A stretch of 57,987 nucleotides of DNA from a virus (IMGVR_UViG_3300006805_000031:1-57987), one strand, 5' to 3'; shown: positions 20,741 through 28,857, counted from the first letter of the stretch. Program-made: numbers and translations. The notes: generated by a model not told the origin, from the letters alone.

Positions 20741-21023
20741 TGTTCTCTTTCTCTCGTTTCTTTCTCTCTTCTTGTTTGCGGGCTCTTTCGGATTTCTCAA
20801 AGGCTTCGATTTCTTTCTGAACCGCCTTATCCATCTGTTTTTGTCTGGATAGCTTCAGCAAGAGGCGCCGCAACAGCAGCGCCTGCTTCGAAATCTGGGA
20901 AAGGGCCTTGCGAAAATCAATAGAGGTTCGAAGCGTTGGTCTTTTCTGCAGCTTCTTCACGAGAAGGTTACAGATCTTGACCTGGTTTTTTAGCTCCTCA
21001 AATTCCTCTAGGATTTTCGCCAT
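20718..21023 (-). CDS. Small basic helical protein, possibly histone-H1-like Hc1 family
   Basis: 101 aa, very K/R-rich two-helix pattern (…RTSIDFRKALSQISKQALLLRR…) loosely resembling the Hc1 N-terminal 'RxRK..xxLxKxAxxxR' pattern. Family call is weak. Confidence 0.4.
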   Translation of the reverse strand: MAKILEEFEELKNQVKICNLLVKKLQKRPTLRTSIDFRKALSQISKQALLLRRLLLKLSRQKQMDKAVQKEIEAFEKSERARKQEERKKREKENNVEPNTF

Positions 21024-21026
21024 GGC

Positions 21027-21632
21027 TCAGCGTCCGTCTTTCGTCGAGATCAGTGTGTCGGCAATGCCGAATTTAATGCACTCATTTGCATCGAAGTAAT
21101 GGTCGTGACCCTTGCGCATAGCGGCATGAACAGCCGATTGAGTCTGTCCGGTTTCTTGAGCAAGCAGCTTCTCAAGCTGCAGCTGCATCCGCACAAGCTC
21201 CTTGGTCTCGGCTTCGATCTGGAAAACAGTCCCCTGGGCACCAGAGCTGATGGGGTGCATCATCACTCGTGTGTTTTGCCCAACAGAACGGGTTCCCTTT
21301 TTGCCGCTGGCAACAATAAGCACACCTGCAGACATGACCTTTCCGAGGCCGACGGTGTGCACGTCACACGGCAAGTACTTGATGACATCGTACAGCGAAA
21401 GCATCTCGTCAACGGAACCGCCGTACGTAGAAACAATCAGCGTGATTGGGGCAGTGGGATCCTGATTTGCAAGCTCGACAAGAGTCGCAATCACTTGACT
21501 AATAGAGTCTTCCGAGACCGCTCCCGAAAGATAGACAATTCGGTGGCTAAGTTGCATCACGCTGCCGGCGGGAGGGCCATCATGGTCGTGATCGTGGGAC
21601 TTGGACTGGAGTTTTTTAGAGTTGAGAGCCAT
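21027..21632 (-). CDS. clpP: ClpP protease subunit
   Basis: RIVYLSGAV, ITLIVSTYGGSV, LYDVI, VHTVGLGKVMSAG (Ser), RVMMHP (His), HDHYFDANECIKFGIAD (Asp): catalytic triad appears intact. Confidence 0.92.
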   Translation of the reverse strand: MALNSKKLQSKSHDHDHDGPPAGSVMQLSHRIVYLSGAVSEDSISQVIATLVELANQDPTAPITLIVSTYGGSVDEMLSLYDVIKYLPCDVHTVGLGKVMSAGVLIVASGKKGTRSVGQNTRVMMHPISSGAQGTVFQIEAETKELVRMQLQLEKLLAQETGQTQSAVHAAMRKGHDHYFDANECIKFGIADTLISTKDGR

Positions 21633-21640
21633 TTGTTCCT

Positions 21641-21919
21641 TTATTCTAGGTTACCGAGAACCGTGCTGTTGAGGGCTTCTTCAGTGACACCCTTAGCCAC
21701 CGAAAAATTCTTTTTGTCAAGGTATTCTTTTGTCAACTCGGTGACTGCTCGACTGAGCTGAAGGTTGACAAAAGACGTGGCTAAGCACTCCACGACAAAC
21801 ACCACCTCGTCATCAGACAGCTGCATTTTGCTGACAACGCTGTTTGCGATATCTCGACAATACGTGCGGCGCTTGGCCAGCTTCTCTTGCGGTGTTTCGC
21901 CAAAAATACTCGTGCTCAT
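21641..21919 (-). CDS. Hypothetical protein
   Basis: ATG at 21919, immediately after the stop of the upstream gene; no motif. Confidence 0.6.
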   Translation of the reverse strand: MSTSIFGETPQEKLAKRRTYCRDIANSVVSKMQLSDDEVVFVVECLATSFVNLQLSRAVTELTKEYLDKKNFSVAKGVTEEALNSTVLGNLE

Positions 21920-21921
21920 TC

Positions 21922-22398
21922 TTACATCTCCTCTAGAAACGGAACCACTTTGCAAAGATTCGACGACAAAATCACTAGCCGCTTACCTTCAATTTTTGAA
22001 GCCTGTCGGTTCTTGGTCATGATCACGCTTTCTCCCCATCGAGAGTTCTCAATGATCCAAGCTACATGCTCGTATGTTGCGACATCACACTTGTGGCGGT
22101 CAAGTGCCTCTTTGATGCCTGCACCAAGACCGAGCGAGACGTCCTCTTTCGTAACGGCAGACCAGCTATCTGTCATGCCGCCCTTCATGGGCTCAGAAAC
22201 ACCGACCTCCAAAACCTTGTGAACCAAGTCGCAGTTGTCGCATTTCACATACTTTTCAACACAACTGCCACTGTCGTCAATAACGCTAAAGACAGGAAAG
22301 CGATGAAAAAGCTTTGTTTTACGGTCGTCGGTGTCTTCCAGCTGACGAGTCCAAGCAGGCTGGCAAAGACACTCAACGAAATGACGGACTCCCTCCAT
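21922..22398 (-). CDS. Hypothetical protein with putative Zn-binding CxC...CxxC..H
   Basis: VECLC and KCDNCDLVH. Confidence 0.6.
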   Translation of the reverse strand: MEGVRHFVECLCQPAWTRQLEDTDDRKTKLFHRFPVFSVIDDSGSCVEKYVKCDNCDLVHKVLEVGVSEPMKGGMTDSWSAVTKEDVSLGLGAGIKEALDRHKCDVATYEHVAWIIENSRWGESVIMTKNRQASKIEGKRLVILSSNLCKVVPFLEEM

Positions 22399-22413
22399 GT
22401 CAATTCCGCCTTT

Positions 22414-22653
22414 TCAAGAGGCGCTGCTTTTGGTGGCATCTTGTTGAGCCACCTCCTGAGCGAAACTGGTGATACGATTATCCAGGCTTGTGTACATGCG
22501 GTCCGCAGTCTCAAGCAGACACTTTTGGAGTGTCGAGTAAAGTTCGGCCTGCTGCTCAACAGGGAGCGTGGACTCCTTCATCTTGTTCGAAAATTCGGTC
22601 AAAACAAGCTCAGAGAAGTCGAACGGAAAACGAGAGATGTCATTGCGGCTCAT
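22414..22653 (-). CDS. Hypothetical protein (79 aa)
   Basis: First gene of this minus-strand block; TACAAT upstream. Confidence 0.5.
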   Translation of the reverse strand: MSRNDISRFPFDFSELVLTEFSNKMKESTLPVEQQAELYSTLQKCLLETADRMYTSLDNRITSFAQEVAQQDATKSSAS

Positions 22654-22702
22654 AGGTGCAGGAATTATTGTAGTGCAGGCCTGTGGCGCCTACGTAAACA
22701 AT

Positions 22703-24007
22703 ATGAGAACTGGCGCCAAAAAAGCTCTCTTTGAGCAAAAATACGTATCCGATGGACTTCTTCTTGAGGCCATCAAGCCTGAAATCGCCCGGCAGGCTTC
22801 TGCGCTAATTGAGAAACTCAATGAGTTCGAGGATCGAATTCCTGCCGAAAAAAGCCAAAATATTGTCAAGGCAATCAACAAGGCCCAGGCGGATATTCAA
22901 GGGTTCATTGGTTCGTCCTCGATCGCTCGCTGGATCAAAAAGAACCTTTCGCTATCAACAACTCGCAACCCACTCGAAGAAGGGTTGGAGCTTGTGACGC
23001 AGCTGGCGTCTTTCTTCAATCTCATGAAATCCATGAAAGGGCTACTGGAGAAAAAGAGCAAACTTCAAGATGGCCAAAAGACCATCTCGGATCTTCTTGG
23101 TGGGCGAGGTTCGAAAAATTACCAATCGTTCCGGAAGATGCTTGTGCAGGCGCTAAAGCCATCCACCAAACAAATTTCCTCAGGCGGTGTTGCAGGCGGC
23201 ATTTCGAAGCTGCTGCACTACGCAACAGGCGGCAACGATTCATTCTTTGGGGTTGCTATCTCATCCATGGTTGATGAAGTTTGCGACAAATACAGCGTTG
23301 AAGACGTTGCAACTCTTGGTGAATCAAAAGTCGATGTGAATCTTCAGTATTACAAGGGTCTCGCTAAAGTCAGCGACTTCTTTGGGAAGACAGCAGCTGC
23401 GCCAGATCCACAAGCGGCCGTGGACAAACTTGCGGCCGCTGGAGAAGCGCAAGCTCAGTCTGGTGTGGGCGACGCCAAGGGCACAACTCAAAAAATGGGT
23501 TCTGAAGTGGGTGCAAAGCCCACAAGGGGCCCAAGGTCACAGGTTCGTGACTACGCCTCTAAGCTTCCCACTGCCGAAAAGATCTTTCCGGAAAGCCTGC
23601 AGGAGCTTGCAAACATCAAGAAACAGATTGATGGGAAGTCAGCTGCGGAGTACCTCAAAGATTTCATCTACGCAGATCGGCAAAAGTGGAACGCCTTTTT
23701 GAACAACCAAGTCCAGAAAGCTCTGGCTTCAAAAGCAGCATTGCCAGAACTCAAAAAGGTCATCAAAAGCGCAATGATGGATCGTGTAAAAGCAGAAAAG
23801 TCATTGGCAGCTTTTTTGACGAAAACGTGGAAAGAGGGCAAAGAGGGTAACCCTGCGGCTCGGGCAATTCAGGTGAAAAACGCCGTGGAAGCGACAGCGT
23901 CCAAGAAATTTGCGGCGCTTGTGGTCCCTCCAGGAAAGCCGCAAGCTCCAGTCGCACAAGCCGAAGGTCTTGTCCAGACACTGAAAGCTCTAGGCTTACT
24001 TTCCTAG
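22703..24007 (+). CDS. Ala/Lys-rich hypothetical protein, counter-oriented; possible internal head protein
   Basis: The ATG at 22703 avoids overlap with the divergent gene and follows a CTACGTA motif; long helical low-complexity protein. Confidence 0.6.
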   Translation: MRTGAKKALFEQKYVSDGLLLEAIKPEIARQASALIEKLNEFEDRIPAEKSQNIVKAINKAQADIQGFIGSSSIARWIKKNLSLSTTRNPLEEGLELVTQLASFFNLMKSMKGLLEKKSKLQDGQKTISDLLGGRGSKNYQSFRKMLVQALKPSTKQISSGGVAGGISKLLHYATGGNDSFFGVAISSMVDEVCDKYSVEDVATLGESKVDVNLQYYKGLAKVSDFFGKTAAAPDPQAAVDKLAAAGEAQAQSGVGDAKGTTQKMGSEVGAKPTRGPRSQVRDYASKLPTAEKIFPESLQELANIKKQIDGKSAAEYLKDFIYADRQKWNAFLNNQVQKALASKAALPELKKVIKSAMMDRVKAEKSLAAFLTKTWKEGKEGNPAARAIQVKNAVEATASKKFAALVVPPGKPQAPVAQAEGLVQTLKALGLLS

Positions 24008-25231
24008 GTCCTCAACAATAACACCTGAAAGTGATGTCAGGTGTCGCACCAAGGCCGCACTCATGTCGAATGCGGCTTTGTACGTTGACGCAGGAACAAT
24101 TTCAGCGCCAAACATCACTCGCTCAGCCTCGGAAAGCACCACGGCGCCACTGTTTTTGTAAGCCAGGATCACTTTGAAGGCCCTATCCAAGTTTTGCTGC
24201 AGCATTTTGTTGCGTGAATTTTCCGGAATCAAAATGTCCCAGCGTGATGGACTTAGGCTGAAAATCCTATCACGATAGATCTTTGCCTCTTCTGGAGTTG
24301 CCGATGAAGCTTTTTCTTCCAGCTCGTCGAGTTTAGCTTTTGTGCGGAAGCTACTGCCGTTGACGAATACCACAAGGCCGAACTTGCTAATCTCAACTCG
24401 CTGCAACATAGGAAAGTCTTCGAACTTCAGAGACGGCAAGGTAAGGCCTCCCTGCAAATCAATGACTTGACATCCTGTAATTGTCGACATGTCAAAGAAT
24501 GTGTTTACCGTTGGATTATCCAGCGGGAACTCACACAGAAGAAGTTTCAGTGTGCCACGATAAAAGTTCACCGAAGATGTATTCTTGATATCGTCTCCAA
24601 ATGACCTGGCGCAAACCAAAAATGGTGTGTTGGTTTTTGAGGCCTCTTGGAGCTGAACATCGAGCTGTGAAACGTCCTGAATGTGGCCGTCGTAGCACAA
24701 GATCCTGCAATTGCTTAGATTCACATCGCCAGGACTGTATTGGCGGGGGTGAAAGACGTGCCCAGATGTCTTCGCAATGTAGATTTCGGAAAGGTCGGGG
24801 CGGGCATTTTGAATGCTGACACGGGATAGGCCCTTAGACGCATCCAGGAACTGTTTGGCTACCACCCCCGCATCGGCACCGCACAAATCGATTAGAGAGG
24901 CTTCCAGGGGCCCTCGTGAGGGTCTAATTGCCTGGGTCGTCTTCGTGATGGCGGGCTTTCCCAAAAGTGCATGTCTGGCAAGCTTGAGTGTCGCTCGAAG
25001 GGCGCCTGGGCCTGCTTTCTCGGCATTCATTGCATGCTCAAGGCACGCTGTCACCACCAAAGCCTCTTGATTATTGGTGTTGTTGATGTTGTAGCTACTG
25101 GCCAGAGGGCCGCCAGCAGCCCAACTCCCAGCCTTACCCACAATAGGGCTATTAAGATCTGTCACAGAAATAGCCGCATTGATTGCCTGAATCAGATCTT
25201 GTGGTTCGATAGCTGAGTATTTTGTGGCCAT
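23996..25231 (-). CDS. Degenerate GroEL/Cpn60-like chaperonin (apical domain recognisable, ATP-binding motif lost)
   Basis: NCRILCYDGHIQDVSQL...EASKTNTPFLVCARSFGDD...VNFYRGTLKL...DMSTITGCQVI...YRDRIFSL aligns by eye to GroEL PFILLADKKISNIREM...AKAGKPLLIIAEDVEGE...VNTMRGIVKV...DIATLTGGTVI...LQERVAKL. Confidence 0.72.
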   Translation of the reverse strand: MATKYSAIEPQDLIQAINAAISVTDLNSPIVGKAGSWAAGGPLASSYNINNTNNQEALVVTACLEHAMNAEKAGPGALRATLKLARHALLGKPAITKTTQAIRPSRGPLEASLIDLCGADAGVVAKQFLDASKGLSRVSIQNARPDLSEIYIAKTSGHVFHPRQYSPGDVNLSNCRILCYDGHIQDVSQLDVQLQEASKTNTPFLVCARSFGDDIKNTSSVNFYRGTLKLLLCEFPLDNPTVNTFFDMSTITGCQVIDLQGGLTLPSLKFEDFPMLQRVEISKFGLVVFVNGSSFRTKAKLDELEEKASSATPEEAKIYRDRIFSLSPSRWDILIPENSRNKMLQQNLDRAFKVILAYKNSGAVVLSEAERVMFGAEIVPASTYKAAFDMSAALVRHLTSLSGVIVEDLGK

Positions 25232-25245
25232 CCCAAAATGGTAGC

Positions 25246-25812
25246 TCAATGACCAGCTTTTGTCGTCAGCTCGTAGATTGTCTTGATCAAAACGCCAAAC
25301 AAGCTAAGGATGCCTAGCAAAAGCGACCAAAAGATCTTGCCGCCCCATTCCCGAGCTAGGTTTGCTGATTTGTGATCGTGCCTAGCATTGGTAAGAGCAC
25401 CAGAGTCCGACTCAAGTTCTGCTTTCCATTTCCGGAGATCTTCAAGATCTTCTTCGATCACTTCAAGCTTCCTTGCGATGTTATTGGCTCCTTCTGTCTG
25501 AACCTTCTCAACGTCTTTGATTCGTGAAAACACTCCACGATCAGGTTCATACAAGATATTACTAAGATCTTCCATTTTCTGGAGGACTGTTGAGTGAGAT
25601 TTCTCAATATTGCTGATCTTCTGAAGCAATGAGTCAAATCCCCCATCAAACACAGGTGAACTGAGTTTTTGATGTAGGAATTTCAGCAATGCATTTAGCT
25701 CTTTCTGCTTTTCCCCCTCAGAGTGCTTAGAGGTGATTAGCGCTGAGGGCAGCTTAGGGGCAGCTGCAGAGTCCTGAGCTGAAGGTGGGTTGTTCTTGCG
25801 GTACTTTCTCAT
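25246..25812 (-). CDS. Coiled-coil protein with single C-terminal transmembrane helix (holin-/XhlA-like topology)
   Basis: IFWSLLLGILSLFGVLI hydrophobic stretch; heptad region upstream; CTATTTA motif before the ATG. Confidence 0.55.
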   Translation of the reverse strand: MRKYRKNNPPSAQDSAAAPKLPSALITSKHSEGEKQKELNALLKFLHQKLSSPVFDGGFDSLLQKISNIEKSHSTVLQKMEDLSNILYEPDRGVFSRIKDVEKVQTEGANNIARKLEVIEEDLEDLRKWKAELESDSGALTNARHDHKSANLAREWGGKIFWSLLLGILSLFGVLIKTIYELTTKAGH

Positions 25813-25823
25813 GTTGTTTTGGG

Positions 25824-25830
25824 TAAATAG
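25824..25830 (-). promoter_or_regulatory. Putative late promoter motif CTANNTA (representative copy CTATTTA)
   Basis: The same motif lies 6-15 nt before eight start codons (listed in findings). Confidence 0.55.
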
Positions 25831-25914
25831 AGAAAAGATCAGATCGGTGCATTTTTTGGTTAACAGCCGGCTGAAGGGATCCTACACTAAAAATAAGCAA
25901 TTTCGTATCTCTGT

Positions 25915-25961
25915 TCTCTGCAAGAGAGGTACGAACGAAGTGAGTACCGAACAAGCAGAGA
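25915..25961 (+). repeat. Hairpin H1 (G.A-mismatch / GAA mini-loop)
   Basis: TCTCTGC-AAGAGA-GGTAC-GA-AC-GAA-GT-GA-GTACC-GAACAA-GCAGAGA. Confidence 0.9.
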
Positions 25962-25974
25962 GTATTTCTTCTCT

Positions 25975-26012
25975 ATAAATTGCGAGCGAGCGTCAGCGAG
26001 CAAGCAATTTAT
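25975..26012 (+). repeat. Hairpin H2
   Basis: ATAAATTGC-GA-GC-GA-GC-GTCA-GC-GA-GC-AA-GCAATTTAT. Confidence 0.9.
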
Positions 26013-26040
26013 TTCTCTATCTGATCTAAGCTAGATCAAG

Positions 26041-26113
26041 ATCAAATCCCATTTCTCTACGAGAGAGTTCCGAGCGAAGCGAGGAGCGAACAAGTAGAGA
26101 AATGGGATTTGAT
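26041..26113 (+). repeat. Hairpin H3 (20-bp perfect outer stem)
   Basis: ATCAAATCCCATTTCTCTAC-GAGAGA-GTTCC-GA-GC-GAA-GC-GA-GGAGC-GAACAA-GTAGAGAAATGGGATTTGAT. Confidence 0.95.
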
Positions 26114-26148
26114 TTGTGTCTGAGGGCACTGCAGCAGATCTAGAGCTA

Positions 26149-26193
26149 ATCCCAAATTTGGTCACTCACTTCGTTCGTTCCCAAATTTGGGAT
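26149..26193 (-). repeat. Hairpin H4
   Basis: Minus strand reads ATCCCAAATTTGG-GA-AC-GA-AC-GAA-GT-GA-GT-GA-CCAAATTTGGGAT. Confidence 0.92.
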
Positions 26194-26211
26194 CCATGGG
26201 GCAGCTGGAGC

Positions 26212-26266
26212 TTGATCTAGGTTTGATCTAGGATTGATCTAGGTTTGATCTAGGTTTGATCTAGGA
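26212..26266. repeat. Five tandem 11-bp direct repeats TTGATCTAGG(T/A), iteron-like
   Basis: Units start at 26212, 26223, 26234, 26245 and 26256. Confidence 0.95.
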
Positions 26267-26327
26267 TTCTAATTTGTATTGGGTAAAGTGATCTAGTCTT
26301 AACCTAGCACTATCATGCTCAGTCTTT

Positions 26328-26356
26328 CCCAAGATCTCGCTGCGCTCGATCTTGGG
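26328..26356 (-). repeat. Hairpin H5
   Basis: Minus strand reads CCCAAGATC-GA-GC-GCA-GC-GA-GATCTTGGG. Confidence 0.9.
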
Positions 26357-26413
26357 GACTCAGTGGTGGCTAAATAGATCTAGATATTACTGATCTAGCT
26401 TGATAGATCTGAT

Positions 26414-26441
26414 CCAGGATCTCGCTAGCGCTCGATCCTGG
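26414..26441 (-). repeat. Hairpin H6
   Basis: Minus strand reads CCAGGATC-GA-GC-GCTA-GC-GA-GATCCTGG. Confidence 0.9.
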
Positions 26442-26479
26442 GGCTTCAGAACTTTGTTGATGAGCAGAGCTTGGTGAGC

Positions 26480-26485
26480 TAAAAT
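26480..26485 (+). promoter_or_regulatory. Putative sigma70-type -10 element TAAAAT, leaderless spacing (representative copy)
   Basis: 6 nt upstream of ATG 26492; the same arrangement occurs at six other non-structural genes. Confidence 0.5.
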
Positions 26486-26491
26486 GCCCCT

Positions 26492-28396
26492 ATGTCGAAG
26501 CAGATCGTATTTGTCTCTGATTACTTCTCAGATCAGTTGACTGGAGGTGCAGAGCTTAGTCTTGGAACCCTGATGGATTCAGCGTCTGAGTTTGGCGCTA
26601 AAATCCTTAGGTTGAACTCCAAGGATGTGACTGCTGATCTCATTAACCTGCACAAGAATTCCTATTGGGTATTCGGTAACTACGCTGGGGTACTTCCTGA
26701 GTTGCTTCAGAAAATCTCTGGCGCTATTCGGTATTCAGTAATCGAATTTGACTACAAGTATTGCAAACACCGACTCCCTCAGGCTCATACAGACTCCGTG
26801 TGCGACTGTGAAAATGGATTCCTTGGTAAGTTCATTTCTGGCTTCATGTACGGAGCTGAAACACTTTGGTTTATGTCTCAAGGTCAGCTTGAGCACTATG
26901 CCCAGAAATTTCCGAGCCTTGTCGACCGCCCTATGCGGGTCTTGGGTAGCACTTTTTCTAAGCAGGATCTTGAAAAGATTGTGCTGCTTTCGCATACACC
27001 CAAGAAGGATCATTACCTTGTCCTTCAGTCGGACTCTTGGGTGAAAGGTACCGATAAGTCGGTTGAGTATTGCAAGGAAAACAATCTCCCGTACAAGCTT
27101 GTTGGTGGTGTGAGTTACGATGAAATGCTCAGTGAGCTGGCACAAGCAAAGGGTCTTGTCTATATGCCTCAGGGCTATGACACGTGCCCACGGCTTGTGA
27201 TCGAGGCGAAAATCCTTGGGGCTGAAATTCGCACGAACTCTTTTGTTCAGCACATCAGCGAGCCCTGGTTCTATAACCTCGAATCCATTTTCGAATGGCT
27301 CCTGAAAAGCCCCGCAATGTTTTGGGCGGACACTCTTCGCCGGGCCGAGAAAAAATACACGATCTCTTCGTACTTCACGACCCGCAATTGCGTGCAGCAG
27401 GAATACCCATTCGAGCAATCCATTGAGTCGTGTTTTGCATTTTCGGATGAAATTGTTGTCGTCGATGGCGGCAGCACAGATGGAACGCTAGACCGTCTAG
27501 AAGCCCTCAGGAAGCGTTTTGAGGCGCAGGCTGACAAAGTATTCATTGTGCACTCAAACGACGTTTATACGGGCCGCCAAGTGGATGCATCGATGGCTCT
27601 AGCCGATGGCCAGCAGAAAGCTCTTGCTCGTTCCTTGTGCACTAGTGATTTCTGCTGGCAAATGGATGTCGACGAAATTGTGCACGAAGATGACTGCGCT
27701 AAGATTCTTGAACTCGCCAAGAACTTCCCGAAGGCTCCAATGATTGCTCTGCCAGTCACGGAATACTGGGGTGGATTCAGCAAGATTCGAATGGATATCA
27801 CTCCATGGAAGTGGCGTATGGGCTACAATAGTCCTCGGATCACGCATGGGGTTCCCGCAGATTTGCGGACAGCCACAGGGGCTGTGGGTGGAACGGATGG
27901 CTGCGATCCTATTGATGCGCAGACTGGTGATAGGATTCCCCACATTACGTTCTGGGATCAAAACGCCGCACACGCTAGGGAGCATGCACTTCTTGCAAAT
28001 CCGGAAGCTGTGCATGATTACTCGGATTGGTTCGCCAGAGTAACAGCTGAACTTCCCGGCGTGCATCACCTTAGTTGGCTAGACATCAATCGAAAGATTC
28101 GGTTGTACAGGGATTATTGGTCCAAGCACTGGGATGCACTGTTCGGCTCAGATGAGCCAAGCAATCACTTTTTCCCAGGTAAGAAGTGGACGGACGTCAC
28201 AAATCAGGACATTGAGGAGTTGGCAAAGAAGCTCACCTCACAGACTGGTGGTCATATCTTTCATGCTCCGTGGGCCGGCCAAAGAACTCCATGGATTGAC
28301 GCAAATGCGTACAATTTCAAACAACCACCAGCTTGCCTTAATGTTCAACGGGAAGCTACACATGAAACGCAAAAGGATGTAGAAAATGATTGGTAA
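26492..28396 (+). CDS. Two-domain glycosyltransferase (GT-B/GT4-like + GT-A/GT2-like)
   Basis: N-terminal half: GGAE, KG, DTCPRLVIEAKILG. C-terminal half: SDEIVVVDGGSTDGT, WQMDVDEIV, HHLSW. Confidence 0.85.
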   Translation: MSKQIVFVSDYFSDQLTGGAELSLGTLMDSASEFGAKILRLNSKDVTADLINLHKNSYWVFGNYAGVLPELLQKISGAIRYSVIEFDYKYCKHRLPQAHTDSVCDCENGFLGKFISGFMYGAETLWFMSQGQLEHYAQKFPSLVDRPMRVLGSTFSKQDLEKIVLLSHTPKKDHYLVLQSDSWVKGTDKSVEYCKENNLPYKLVGGVSYDEMLSELAQAKGLVYMPQGYDTCPRLVIEAKILGAEIRTNSFVQHISEPWFYNLESIFEWLLKSPAMFWADTLRRAEKKYTISSYFTTRNCVQQEYPFEQSIESCFAFSDEIVVVDGGSTDGTLDRLEALRKRFEAQADKVFIVHSNDVYTGRQVDASMALADGQQKALARSLCTSDFCWQMDVDEIVHEDDCAKILELAKNFPKAPMIALPVTEYWGGFSKIRMDITPWKWRMGYNSPRITHGVPADLRTATGAVGGTDGCDPIDAQTGDRIPHITFWDQNAAHAREHALLANPEAVHDYSDWFARVTAELPGVHHLSWLDINRKIRLYRDYWSKHWDALFGSDEPSNHFFPGKKWTDVTNQDIEELAKKLTSQTGGHIFHAPWAGQRTPWIDANAYNFKQPPACLNVQREATHETQKDVENDW

Positions 28397-28856
28397 AACA
28401 CCCACAGATAAGAACGGTAACCCTGTTCACATTCCGATCCCCAAAGACCTTGGGAAGCCTGGCGGTCCTCGGTTTATGGACCTCCTGTATTACCACCTAA
28501 ACCTCAAGGTTTCTGGTTTCGCTGGCCAACATGCAACAAAAGAAACGCTTGAGGATATCTACGACACAATTCTGCAGACCATTGGCGAGACCATGAATCG
28601 CACTGGTATCTCACGGAAAACATGTGAGTTCTTGGCGCAACGCATCTACGAATCTATCAAGATTTCATCTAATGTAGTGCAGCTTCCGGCCCCAGAGGAT
28701 TGGGAGCATTCTACAAGAGGTAAGCATGTTTATGACCGAGTCCTTGTGGATCAGCTTCCTCCAGCCGAGCTGCGCCTTGTGGCAGGGCTGTTTTCGGATT
28801 CCGTATTCGCTGAAGAGCTTCGGCAAGGAATTGCCAAATTGAGCGTGCGGGCGTAA
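28386..28856 (+). CDS. Hypothetical protein (156 aa)
   Basis: ORF coupled to both neighbours. Confidence 0.6.
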   Translation: MIGKTPTDKNGNPVHIPIPKDLGKPGGPRFMDLLYYHLNLKVSGFAGQHATKETLEDIYDTILQTIGETMNRTGISRKTCEFLAQRIYESIKISSNVVQLPAPEDWEHSTRGKHVYDRVLVDQLPPAELRLVAGLFSDSVFAEELRQGIAKLSVRA

Positions 28857-28857
28857 C

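Larger units (their letters stand above)
25813..26491. promoter_or_regulatory. Candidate replication origin / divergent control region
   Basis: The only large intergenic gap in the window, at the global strand switch; contains six structured hairpins, iteron-like repeats and very dense GATC/CTAG. Function is inferred. Confidence 0.6.

Noticed and set aside
21099-22734. Plus-strand ORFs of 220 and 222 aa
   Set aside because: Antisense to clpP and its coupled neighbours; no motifs or start signals.
25915-26441. CRISPR array, tRNAs or intrinsic terminators as an explanation of the hairpin region
   Set aside because: There are no identical repeats with regular spacers, no cloverleaf or TTCRA T-loop context, and no consistent poly-T tails. 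The region lies between divergent, not convergent, genes.
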